A DNA stretch of 64,000 nucleotides from a virus (IMGVR_UViG_3300032086_003797:64001-128000); one strand, 5' to 3'; counted from the first letter of the stretch, positions 20,229 to 29,590 are shown. Notes: generated by a model from the sequence alone, not told the origin. Program-made: numbers and translations.

Positions 20229-21461
20229 ATGAGTTTTGATCTAAAACTACATGCTTATCGCTTACTGCTCAAAGAGCCTTTCTTTGCTGCTCTAAGTCGT
20301 AAGATTGAAAAGAAGGAAAACTATGGTATCCCTACTGCGGGTGTCAGAGTCAATCCTGAGAATGGTCACTTTGAGATGGCTTACAACCCAGACTTCTTTG
20401 AAGGTCTGAGTGATGTAGAAAAAGCTGGCGTACTCAAGCATGAGTTCTATCACTTGATCTTTGATCATGTTACCAGTCGTAAGCCAGAAGGCGTGCCACA
20501 CAAGAAGTGGAACATCGCTGCTGACCTGGCTATCAATAGCCACTTGGTTGGCGAGCTACCTGACAACTGCTGTATGCCTGGTGTCGCTCCCTTTGAAGAC
20601 ATGCCCAAGGGTGAGTCTGCTGAGTGGTACTTAGCCAACATGCCTGAGGACAAAGAGTCTGAGGGTGAGGGTGAAGGTAGCGGTGATGGCGCTGAGGGCG
20701 AGGGTGAGTCAGGAGAAGGTGGCGACTCTGGCGGGCAAGAAGAAAATAATGATAACGGCTCTGCTAGCCCTGGTAACTTTGATGATCACTCTGGCTGGGA
20801 AGAAGCTGCCAGTAGTGAGGTAGCCCAGATGGCTAAGGAGCGACTCAAGAACGCCATCAAAGAAGCTGCCCAAGAAGCTGCTCAAGCTTCAGGAGGCTGG
20901 GGCTCAGTGTCAGGTGAGGTACGCAAAGAGATCATGAAGCGCCTTGAGACCAAGGTAGACTGGCGCAAGGTCCTTCGCTACTTCATCAAGACCAGCCAGC
21001 GTGCCAGCAAGAGCAGCACGGTAAAGCGGATTGATAAGCGTTACCCCTACATCCATCCAGGCAAGAAGGTACGGCGGCAAGCTAAGATTGCAATTGCCAT
21101 CGATCAGTCTGGTAGTGTTAGTGATGAGATGCTAGAAGCTTTCTTTGCTGAGTTGAATAACCTGGCTAAGCTTGCTGAGTTCACCGTGGTACCCTTCGAT
21201 ACCCAGGTCGATCAGGATAAGGTCTACGTCTGGAAGAAAGGCAAGAGCCAAAAGGCTGAGCGTGTGATGTGTGGCGGTACCTGCTTTGATGCTCCAACCG
21301 AATGGGCTAACAACAACAGCGTGGATGGCATCATTATCCTAACGGATATGGAAGCCCCCAAGCCCAAGCGGTGCAAGGCGCAGCGGATGTGGCTAACGGA
21401 TGCTCGGGGTGCTAGCCGTCCCTACTTCCAAACCAATGAGCGAGTGATCGCCGTAGACTAA
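20229..21461 (+). CDS. Metallopeptidase (HExxH) + VWA-like domain protein (DUF2201 type)
   Basis: HEFYH, NIAADLAIN, acidic Gly linker, DQSGS MIDAS, GGTCF, LTD. Confidence 0.88.
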   Translation: MSFDLKLHAYRLLLKEPFFAALSRKIEKKENYGIPTAGVRVNPENGHFEMAYNPDFFEGLSDVEKAGVLKHEFYHLIFDHVTSRKPEGVPHKKWNIAADLAINSHLVGELPDNCCMPGVAPFEDMPKGESAEWYLANMPEDKESEGEGEGSGDGAEGEGESGEGGDSGGQEENNDNGSASPGNFDDHSGWEEAASSEVAQMAKERLKNAIKEAAQEAAQASGGWGSVSGEVRKEIMKRLETKVDWRKVLRYFIKTSQRASKSSTVKRIDKRYPYIHPGKKVRRQAKIAIAIDQSGSVSDEMLEAFFAELNNLAKLAEFTVVPFDTQVDQDKVYVWKKGKSQKAERVMCGGTCFDAPTEWANNNSVDGIIILTDMEAPKPKRCKAQRMWLTDARGASRPYFQTNERVIAVD

Positions 21462-21719
21462 TTGACACCTTGAAATAAAGCGACAGGAGATTGACGCTAT
21501 GAAAGATACAGAGGACCTCTTCGTGCTGGACAAGTTTGGCGGGGAGATAAACATTAATAACTTACCAGAGGTAGTAGCCCATGCTAATGCTAAGTGGGCT
21601 AACCTGCATCCTGCCTTAGACCAAGCCTACCAACAGCTTATGATCAATGAAGCCTTCTGGTGTTACCCTCATCACTATGAGTTCAGTAAGCTACCCCATT
21701 GGCATCAGCTAGGTATTGC

Positions 21720-21747
21720 TTGACAGGCTGCTGTAGTATGCTATAAT
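21720..21747 (+). promoter_or_regulatory. Sigma70-type promoter
   Basis: TTGACA-16nt-TATAAT with extended -10 TG. Confidence 0.7.
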
Positions 21748-21760
21748 AGGTAAGGTGCTA

Positions 21761-21840
21761 TGGGTGGCCCCCACCCCCCTGGGGTACCCATGGGCCCCCT
21801 CCCTACGGGTATTATGTAGGTGGGTACTGGGGAGGGTATA
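21761..21840. other. GC-rich palindromic element
   Basis: Overlapping GGGTACCC, CCCATGGG, GGGCCC palindromes; GGGTGG/CCACCC and CCCTCCC/GGGAGGG complements. Confidence 0.6.
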
Positions 21841-22118
21841 TAAGCCGCCTAAGGACGTTAACGACGTGTATGAAAATTTTGTAGAATTTAGAAAACTTGA
21901 AAAATTGCAAATTAAAAAATTGAGACTTTTTGGAAAAGAAAATGACTAACTTAGAACTAGAACAATTCGTAAGAGCGTTCCTAACATTAGAGCGTGCAGT
22001 AACAGCCCTGTACTCTTTGACAACAGATATAAAAGAAAGAGTCGACCTCCTGGAGGATAAGCTCGATCTAATGGATAAAAGTATTCTAAAACCAGATGGT
22101 ATTCAATAAGGAGGCACC

Positions 22119-22286
22119 ATGGACTTGGTAGATAAGATTATGACGTATGAAGCTGGTGGGCTAGATGATGCAGAGGTTGTCGAGCTATACCAAGAGCTAC
22201 ACGATACAGGCATCCTATGGGAGCTACAGGGGCACTACGGTCGACGTGCGTCCCTAATGCTGCAAGAGGGGATGATCGGGCAATGA
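22119..22286 (+). CDS. Small hypothetical protein (55 aa, absent from ORF track)
   Basis: AAGGAGG RBS; MDLVDKIMTYEAGGL...WELQGHYGR. Confidence 0.7.
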   Translation: MDLVDKIMTYEAGGLDDAEVVELYQELHDTGILWELQGHYGRRASLMLQEGMIGQ

Positions 22287-24034
22287 GTATCCAGCTAGGC
22301 AGCTTAGTAAAAATAAGCGTGCCCCTGATGGCAGGTGACGCACCAGAGTTGCAAGGCATCTTGGTTGAGATTAAACCTATGCAGACAGAAATAAATAAAG
22401 GTAAACATCTTTGCAGAATCATGCTAAATGAAGGTGGCGAAGAATACTGTTTGCTAACAGACTTGAAATTGGTAAAATGATAATGGGCATTGGTTCCTTA
22501 GTACAACAAACAATCCGTGGCGGGCTCCATAGCGGTCAAGTCGTCTCATCGACTTTAGGTTTGATTGTAAATGAACTTAAAGAACCAGGCGCACTACCAC
22601 AGTTCAAAGTGGATTGGTTCAAGGGACCTGACCGAGGTAAGCAGCTTTGGTATTACAAGCATGATTTAAAGGAGGCTGAATGAGCCAAGATAATATTGTA
22701 ACGTTAGAGAACCCTGGTTGGGACTACAAGTATGTAGCAAAAATCGGGGAAGACCATCACTTCTACTTAGCTAAGCTGACGAGGGAGAGTTTCATCCAGC
22801 TTTGGCAAGCGTGTAATAGCGTGGAGCAGTTCAAGGCGTCGTATGAAGCCATGGGGGGTGGGACATGTCGCCTCCCGCACGAGGGTGCAACACCTGTCCC
22901 AGTGGAGTCCGTACACAAAATCCAGTATACGGTAGATGTGCTTAGGAAAAAGAATATCACCCTAAAGGACTACGATGCGAATGATCCCGCCGAAGAAGCC
23001 ATGTGGGGAGACTTACGGAGGCTAGCGAGTGCCCACTCAAGGCGACAAGTTCAAGGTAGGTGACCTTGTAAAGTTTCCGCCTAATCATCTACTGGGTGGT
23101 GTCGGGGGTAATCTCTACATTGTCGTAAGGCAGCACGAGGGCGGCTTTATATATGTGCATAACGCCTGCCCCAAAGAGTACGGCAATACGGAGGCAATGC
23201 TTTATCATGAGGATGACTTTGTGCTCTACTCGACGGCACCATAAGCTTGAAAACACTTGTTGCGTTTCTATTGCAAAAAATACTTGGACTACGGTAGTCC
23301 TGCCTATGTGCCTGCAAAGAGTAATATTTATCAAAGGTAGCCGTTTAAGTGAGAACTATAAGAAAAAAAGAAGTGACCAAGGGGGCTGCCGTAGCCTACC
23401 TACTATATGGAAGGACACCACAGTGGATCAAACTCACAAAAAGCGCAGGACGCCTGCGATCGCCTAACGCCGACGTTAAGACAAAAGTTAATAAAAAAAA
23501 TTACGGAAACTTCTATTGGTGACCTGGTGGAATCTAAGTTTGTTATTTATGGACCTGCGTTTACGATGGACGGCTATGAAGCTTCCTATGGGTCTGGACC
23601 TGGGCATCAAGGGATCGGTACTAGCTCACAAAAAATTTACGCCGACTTGTTGGATGAGATTTATGCTGGTACGAGCGTTAGTGTCGAGAGGGGTACCCTG
23701 GGTATCGTGATCGGCATGACAACTTTTAACGTGCATGTGCATTGGCTACCTAAAGGACCTAAGTGGTGGATATTTCCCGAGGAATATAATATTGTCTCAA
23801 AAAATAAAGAGGATACCTTTAGGATCTCTGGTTCGCATTAAGCACTACGCCGACTTTGATGAGCAAGAAGATCTTTATATTGTGGTAGGTTTGGAGCCTA
23901 TGAGCCCATACGAGCTAAATAGCCATAGGGCAGAGCATTATACATTTTGTTATGTTTTAGCGCCTGCTGGTGACCCTGATGATTTTAAAAAATATCATTA
24001 TCATAATGAGCTAATTGTGGTATCATCAAGTTAG
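22283..24034 (+). CDS. Run of small ORFs, mostly G(D/S)LV beta-barrel-like (22283-22480, 22477-22683, 22680-23063, 23029-23244, 23407-23841, ~23792-24034)
   Basis: Overlapping stop/start codons; IQLGSLVKI, IGSLVQQ, FKVGDLVKF, IGDLVES, PLGSLVRI. Confidence 0.6.
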
Positions 24035-24167
24035 GAGATAACTGTATGACTGAATCGATTGTAATGGGGCTGCTTGCGTTTATAGCCTGGGTTGGGTTTA
24101 GTACGGTGATTACATTTGTTATTGCGTCGGCTTTCTTTGGACTGCCGAATAAAAAGGAGAAGCGTTA

Positions 24168-24425
24168 GTGAATAAGCTAGACCTACATGGCACACCTCAT
24201 GATGAGGTAAAAAATTTAACGGCGAGCTTTATCGAAAAAAATCTGCGGCGAGCGAGTATTCTTGAGGTCGTCACTGGACATAGTAACACCATGAGGGATA
24301 TCGTGCTGGACGTCCTGACTCAATATAATCTTGAGTGGTATCTCGGTACTGGAAATCTTGAGGGGTCAATCAAAGTGATCGTGGATGACTACTCGGAGTA
24401 TTATGATGACTATATTGATAATTAA
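24168..24425 (+). CDS. Stand-alone Smr domain protein
   Basis: LDLHG...VVTGHS...NLEGSIKV. Confidence 0.8.
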   Translation: MNKLDLHGTPHDEVKNLTASFIEKNLRRASILEVVTGHSNTMRDIVLDVLTQYNLEWYLGTGNLEGSIKVIVDDYSEYYDDYIDN

Positions 24426-24737
24426 TATTTTGTTGGCGAGTCCGCAAATCGAATGTCCCCGAGTCCTGCCTGGAAGTGAGACACCGCTGCCTGCTGGTGT
24501 TAGCCTGTCACGAGAGGATGAACTACTACAACGTGTAGCTTGTTTTTGTAGTCGAGTGATGGAACAAGAGCGCACTTGCTTAGAAAGAGCTTTCACTCGG
24601 CAGGCTAGGGAGCGGTGCAAGGAAACAACTGCTGCTTGGGTTAGACAAAATCTGGCGCTGCCTCGCAACTGGGTCGAGGCTGGTGGTGTAGCGCCTCCAC
24701 CAAACCGATCGATGCCAAGAAATATTAGGGTGGTATA

Positions 24738-25157
24738 TTGAGGAAAGGATTTACTTTAGTATTAGCAGTCTCTATGGGTATGCTTCTCACTGGGCTGGCG
24801 ATTATGCTTTTTCAATCCGTCAATCTGGATATGATGATTGCTGGTAACAAACGTAGATACAACCAGGCATCGTTTGCGGCGCAAAGTGGTATGAATCATT
24901 TTGCCGCTTTGCAGTTCAATTATGATCAGCTAAAAAATTTAGCGGGGAATAATCTGGAACTAAACCTGATCCGTGAAGCAATAGATGATAAACATAGTTA
25001 TGAGGTTTCTATCAAGTTCTGTTGCGGTCGTCTTGGGGAGGTATTACAGCCTGGACAATATTATGTTCAGAGCACTGGTTGGTATAAGAGAAATACTAAC
25101 CACGAGTCTTCTGCAACGTATCAAAGTTTTTATTCTCTTGACAATAATGATTTTTAA
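24738..25157 (+). CDS. PilX-like / type IV pilin-like protein
   Basis: MRKG|FTLVL prepilin-like site, TM, then IAGNKR..ASFAAQSG. Confidence 0.6.
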   Translation: MRKGFTLVLAVSMGMLLTGLAIMLFQSVNLDMMIAGNKRRYNQASFAAQSGMNHFAALQFNYDQLKNLAGNNLELNLIREAIDDKHSYEVSIKFCCGRLGEVLQPGQYYVQSTGWYKRNTNHESSATYQSFYSLDNNDF

Positions 25158-25165
25158 GGTATAAC
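25138..25165 (+). promoter_or_regulatory. Sigma70-type promoter
   Basis: TTGACA-16nt-TATAAC. Confidence 0.5.
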
Positions 25166-25435
25166 TATTATAAGGGGTCATAAACTTTAGCATGAGGAAA
25201 TTCCATCATGAAAATTTATCCATTCTTACCCACCGAACAACGTCGCAAGGAACGTCATAAAGAATTAGAATTAGAGCTACCAGTACCACAACACAGCGAG
25301 ATATATGAAGAGGCTACCACAGCACCAACAGGTTCTGACCGTGGCGTTTGCATTATCGATATGAATGAAGATATGACTGGTGGCGTGATTATAGACTAAG
25401 AGCATTTAACAAAACCATTAAGGAGGTTACATAAA

Positions 25436-25897
25436 ATGGCTAAGAGAAGAAAAAGAAGACGAATAGCATTTCTGAATCGAATGAAGGATATGATGAATGA
25501 AGATCCTTCATTACCACTGGATCGTGCTAAGACACTAACTGAGGTTGAAGTCAAGAATGCGCTCCGTGTTGCGGATGCAAAAGCACGACATGATAAAGAA
25601 GAGCATCATAGAGTATTCGAGGAAACGTTATTCGGTAAGAATACTACTACCACACCCGTAAAGGAAACAACGACGGTAACTCCTGTAGAAGCCAAAGCAA
25701 CACCCGTGAAAACGGAGACAGTGACTACTACTGCTACTAAGCCAGTGGTTACCAAGGCGACCACGACTACTGTTACTGAAAAAGCTACAGCAGTTACCAC
25801 CAAAACAACCACCACAGCTAAGACTACAGCCAAAGCTAGAACAGCCAGTAAGTCTAAAAAGCGAACCACTACCAAGAGTAGAAAGAAGAAGGCTTAA
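25436..25897 (+). CDS. Basic Thr/Lys/Ala-rich low-complexity (H1-tail-like) protein
   Basis: AAGGAGGT RBS; KRRKRRR N-terminus, T/K/A-rich C-terminal half. Confidence 0.7.
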   Translation: MAKRRKRRRIAFLNRMKDMMNEDPSLPLDRAKTLTEVEVKNALRVADAKARHDKEEHHRVFEETLFGKNTTTTPVKETTTVTPVEAKATPVKTETVTTTATKPVVTKATTTTVTEKATAVTTKTTTTAKTTAKARTASKSKKRTTTKSRKKKA

Positions 25898-26614
25898 ATG
25901 TCCAACCCCTTCAAAGAGATCTTAGGTGATATTATAGATAAGCTCAAAGAAGAGCGTCCAAAGCACGCTTTGCCATATGGTACTTGGGTGAAACATTATA
26001 AAGATCCTACTCTTTGGGGGGTTGTGACAGAGGCGCATGATGCAACAGGAGAAAATCTTGCTGGTGAGAAGACATGTAGTTACATGGTTTACTGGCTAAA
26101 TAATGGAAAGTCTAAAGGAAAGAAAAGTAAGATGTTTAAGACAACTATTGAAAATGACTTTTCTCTGATTGTTCAATTTGACGAAGATGGTAAACCATTT
26201 TTGTTTGAAGATGTGTAGGGTATTATGAGTGGTACCTATTCTTACTCTACTGGTTGGTATTCTATTAGCCCTGCTTTTGCCTGGTGGAACTTTGATGCTC
26301 ATCGTGTGGCTGCGATCAAAGCACGCAGAGAAGCAGCGAGAATTGCTGAAGAAGATAAACAACAAAAGAAAATTAACTCTGCAAAAATTGCAGAAGGAAC
26401 AATATCGGTATATGCGTAGTAAGCATTCAAGAAAGGAAAATAAATGAACTGCTTTCAAATCGAAGTCCGTGGTGCAACCTTTACAATCTGGGCTCCTACC
26501 CTCCGTGAGGCATTAGAAACCTTCATGATTGATATGGATATCTATGAAGTACCCAAGCAGTTGAGTGCTTTTGATATGCCTAGTAATATTCCAGCAGGCT
26601 TCTAATTACCAACG

Positions 26615-27085
26615 ATGTTTTGGTTAATTCTATCTTTATCATTCCCGTCGTATTTTACGGCTCAACAGACTTCCATGGCTCATACAATTATTGAGAAGAC
26701 TAGGCATGTTGGGGATGATCCATATTTGCTTGTTGCAACAGCATGGGTAGAATCTAGACTAAATCCTTTCAGTATATCCAAGACTAATGACTATGGTCTA
26801 TTCCAGATCAACTGGACATTCTGGGGCAGAGAGTGGGGATATAAAGACAGAAAAACATTCTATAAAGATATGTCCAACCCTTACCATGCAACTGTTGCAG
26901 CGATGGTTGTCTTGAAAGAAATGAGAAGATACAAAACATGCCAAGGATTAAATCTTCCTGCTTGTTATAATGGTGGACCAGGGTGGAAAGTTTCAAAGAA
27001 CAAAGATAAAATATTAGCTTACGCCAACAAGGTCAATCGACTAAGAATATATTATAAAAAAAGATTCCCTAACTGGAGCAAATAA
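26615..27085 (+). CDS. Lytic transglycosylase (SLT) with signal peptide
   Basis: WVES, DYGLFQIN, CYNGG. Confidence 0.85.
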   Translation: MFWLILSLSFPSYFTAQQTSMAHTIIEKTRHVGDDPYLLVATAWVESRLNPFSISKTNDYGLFQINWTFWGREWGYKDRKTFYKDMSNPYHATVAAMVVLKEMRRYKTCQGLNLPACYNGGPGWKVSKNKDKILAYANKVNRLRIYYKKRFPNWSK

Positions 27086-27191
27086 ATTTAACATTTGTAC
27101 AAGCAACGTGCTATCTATAGTAAGCCCGACACACAACCATAATGAGGAAACTTACGCCTCGTGTCGGAAGCATGTAAGATAGGAGGATATT

Positions 27192-27674
27192 ATGGTAAAG
27201 TCAGTTTTCAGTGACAAAAAAGGTTTGGTTCAGAGTGCGGGATCTGGGGTTACAATTCAAAATTCACTCTCTGTGACGGGTCAAGTCGGGATGACGGGTG
27301 CAATTTCGGTACAATCAACACCACTTTTTGGTGGAGGTTTATCAGTCGGAGCACAGGCTGTTACAGCAGCAGGGTCTAACCAGGGCGATGCGGCAGCTAT
27401 TAGTGCCACAGGTGGTGCAATGGTTGTAGTTACTGGTGCAGATAACACCAAAGCTGTTCTCTTGCCATCTTTAGCTTCTGTTGGGGCTGGGAATATTTAT
27501 TTCATCCAGAACTCCTCAGGTAACACCTTAGAGGTATTTCCTTCATCGGGTGACAAGGTTTCACCTGCGGCTGATGATGCTGCAATTACTGTTGCTGCAA
27601 ATTCAATGCTGGTTTGTATCGCAGCCGATGCAACCCAATGGTTTGGATTCGAGCCTACTGTTGTCGGTGCCTGA
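27192..27674 (+). CDS. Small Gly/Ala/Ser-rich virion (decoration/fibre-like) protein
   Basis: AGGAGG RBS; beta-rich composition; C-terminal domain similar to 30542 and 31553 proteins. Confidence 0.65.
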   Translation: MVKSVFSDKKGLVQSAGSGVTIQNSLSVTGQVGMTGAISVQSTPLFGGGLSVGAQAVTAAGSNQGDAAAISATGGAMVVVTGADNTKAVLLPSLASVGAGNIYFIQNSSGNTLEVFPSSGDKVSPAADDAAITVAANSMLVCIAADATQWFGFEPTVVGA

Positions 27675-27701
27675 TAGGTAACTTACAGCTTTGGCTAAGA
27701 G

Positions 27702-27732
27702 AAAGGCACTCCTTCGGGGGTGTCTTTTTTTT
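27702..27732 (+). terminator. Intrinsic terminator
   Basis: AAAGGCACTCC-TTCG-GGGGTGTCTTT plus T-run. Confidence 0.85.
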
Positions 27733-27749
27733 ATCTTTTTTATTTTTGA

Positions 27750-27797
27750 TTTCCTTGACATATAGCCGTGCTATGGTATTATAAATTGTAAGGGAGA
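27750..27797 (+). promoter_or_regulatory. Early promoter/leader cassette, copy 5
   Basis: TTGACA-16nt-TATTAT AAATTGTAAGGGAGA. Confidence 0.85.
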
Positions 27798-27804
27798 TAG
27801 AGTT

Positions 27805-28260
27805 ATGAAGTTAGAGAATGCTATCAAAAGAATCAACAAGCGTGCCAGCATCGTTGGTCGTGAGGTTGAGATCGATCGTCGTGATCGCAAAGTTTATGTT
27901 CGCTTTGAAGATGCTGTGAGCGAGCTTTCATTTTGGGTCAATAGTGATGGTCACATCAGTTCTCCTCATATTCGCCGTTATAATGACCATAGCGATATTA
28001 TGGTAGATTACTTCGCTGGTTATCATCTCGATAATCTCAAGCAAGCACTTGATTCGCTGGCTCCATTGCCACCGAAGTACGAAGTCGGCTCTCTTGTTCA
28101 GTTCAAGAACAGTAAGCGTAATCAGCGTTGGAAGCTGGCGGGCAAGGTTGCCTTGGTGATCCAAGCTGAGTCTGGCGGTAACTACAAGGTTCAGTACCCA
28201 GGTAGCGAAGATCGTTACAATCCTTTCTACTCCGAGCGTGATTTAGAGTTGGCGGCATAA
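27805..28260 (+). CDS. Hypothetical early protein with C-terminal G(S/D)LV domain
   Basis: Follows cassette; YEVGSLVQFK. Confidence 0.75.
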   Translation: MKLENAIKRINKRASIVGREVEIDRRDRKVYVRFEDAVSELSFWVNSDGHISSPHIRRYNDHSDIMVDYFAGYHLDNLKQALDSLAPLPPKYEVGSLVQFKNSKRNQRWKLAGKVALVIQAESGGNYKVQYPGSEDRYNPFYSERDLELAA

Positions 28261-28536
28261 ATGAGAAGCAAAGAAATCTTAGAAGAAATCAAAGCACGAT
28301 GCCCCATCAAGCTTGGGGATCTTGTGATGGCAGGTGGCAACTTTGACGACGCAGGCAACAAAGCAGTTCCTGTTATGTGCTTGGTGGAAAGTCTATCACC
28401 AGCTAACGACGATGCTTTTGATCGGGCCTACGAAGGTGCTGAAGATCACTTGATGTTTCGGCTGCAACCAGTAGGCGTTAAAGAGTCTAATATCGGATTG
28501 TTTGTTGACTACGCATGTAATCTAGAAAAAGTTTAA
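28261..28536 (+). CDS. Hypothetical protein, G(D/S)LV family
   Basis: IKLGDLVM. Confidence 0.65.
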   Translation: MRSKEILEEIKARCPIKLGDLVMAGGNFDDAGNKAVPVMCLVESLSPANDDAFDRAYEGAEDHLMFRLQPVGVKESNIGLFVDYACNLEKV

Positions 28537-28540
28537 ATAT

Positions 28541-28587
28541 TTGCTTGACACTTTGATATAGTGTGGTATTATAAATTGTAAGGGAGA
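28541..28587 (+). promoter_or_regulatory. Early promoter/leader cassette, copy 6
   Basis: TTGACA-16nt-TATTAT AAATTGTAAGGGAGA. Confidence 0.85.
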
Positions 28588-28592
28588 GAGAA

Positions 28593-28784
28593 ATGATTCA
28601 AGTAGGTTCCAAAGTTAGTCACCGTTTTCACCCGCTTTACCACAACAGTATTGGTAAAGTCATTAGCCTTGAGGGTCACCAGTTTGATGGTCACCAGATG
28701 GTCGTTGTGGATTGGGGTGTAAGTAAAAAAAGCATGTACCCCATCCAACATCACCACGCAGAAGCATTACGAAAGGAAGCATAA
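28593..28784 (+). CDS. Hypothetical small beta-barrel-like protein
   Basis: MIQVGSKVSH; follows cassette. Confidence 0.65.
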   Translation: MIQVGSKVSHRFHPLYHNSIGKVISLEGHQFDGHQMVVVDWGVSKKSMYPIQHHHAEALRKEA

Positions 28785-29098
28785 TGGCTATTGCAAATCC
28801 CGAAGTTGAGTTTCACCTGCAAGACTTTATTGGTCAGTGTGTTGAGATTATCAGTGAGCACTACAGTTCTAAGTTGCCAAACTTGGAGGTTCCCGAAGTC
28901 AAAATCAAAGAGGGTGGCAAGTATTACAAAATCTTTAAGCAGCAGGGCGAATACAACTCACACGTTTGGTTCTTCGTCAGCAAAGAGGACGGCTTTATTT
29001 GGAAGCCTGCTTCTTGGAAAGCTCCTGCTCGCAACTTCCCTCGTGGAAATATTCTTGAAGACAAAGCAAAAGACGTCATTGGCGTCTACGGAATCTAG
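28784..29098 (+). CDS. Conserved phage-type hypothetical protein
   Basis: GGKYYKI..FV..DG.IWKPASWKAPA..RGNI. Confidence 0.7.
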   Translation: MAIANPEVEFHLQDFIGQCVEIISEHYSSKLPNLEVPEVKIKEGGKYYKIFKQQGEYNSHVWFFVSKEDGFIWKPASWKAPARNFPRGNILEDKAKDVIGVYGI

Positions 29099-29397
29099 GA
29101 GGAAATGATGGATTACGAATTAAGAGAATTCGATGAGGATATTTTTATCCAATGGTTTACAGAGGAGGCTCGTAATGGTAGGATGCCACCAGAGCGAATG
29201 CAAGAACCCAATTGGGGAGTGAGTCCTGAGTTTCTCATCAACTCTTCTTTTGATGCGATCGCAGCCGACCGAGCAAAATGGCTGCAACCATTGATGTTCT
29301 TGGCAGGCATTAGCGTTGGTATGATTGGCGGAGCACTTTTGAGTTTAGAATATCCTATTTATTGGCTAACATTATAAGCCCGTAGGAGGTAAACCCC

Positions 29398-29427
29398 ATG
29401 AAGAAAAAATACACACGTCGAAGATAA
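29398..29427 (+). CDS. Candidate leader peptide MKKKYTRRR
   Basis: Perfect AGGAGGT SD at 29384-29390, 7 nt before ATG; ends CGT CGA AGA TAA. Confidence 0.4.
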   Translation: MKKKYTRRR

Positions 29428-29505
29428 GTGTTAGGGGTCAACCCGACCGATCTGGCAGGAAGCATAAAGAGCCAGCGTCCCTACCTTCAGTAACCACATA
29501 CCTTT

Positions 29506-29590
29506 TGAAGAGTTGCGTGTGGAAAACGGTTTGTAGGGTCAGATACACATGGAACAGGAGCCCCAGACGTACTTGGGCGAAAACTCTTCA
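29506..29590 (+). ncRNA. Unidentified 85-nt structured RNA candidate
   Basis: Perfect 9-bp closing stem TGAAGAGTT/AACTCTTCA ending 5 nt before tRNA-Arg. Confidence 0.45.

Noticed and set aside
21755-21949. 64-aa ORF
   Set aside because: Runs through the GC palindrome and A-tracts with no convincing RBS; probably spurious
23153-23467. 104-aa ORF and GGACTAC/GTAGTCC hairpin
   Set aside because: ORF overlaps both neighbours without an RBS; one short hairpin is insufficient evidence
29506-29590. A fourth canonical tRNA
   Set aside because: No T-loop consensus, anticodon arm or CCA; kept only as an unidentified structured element
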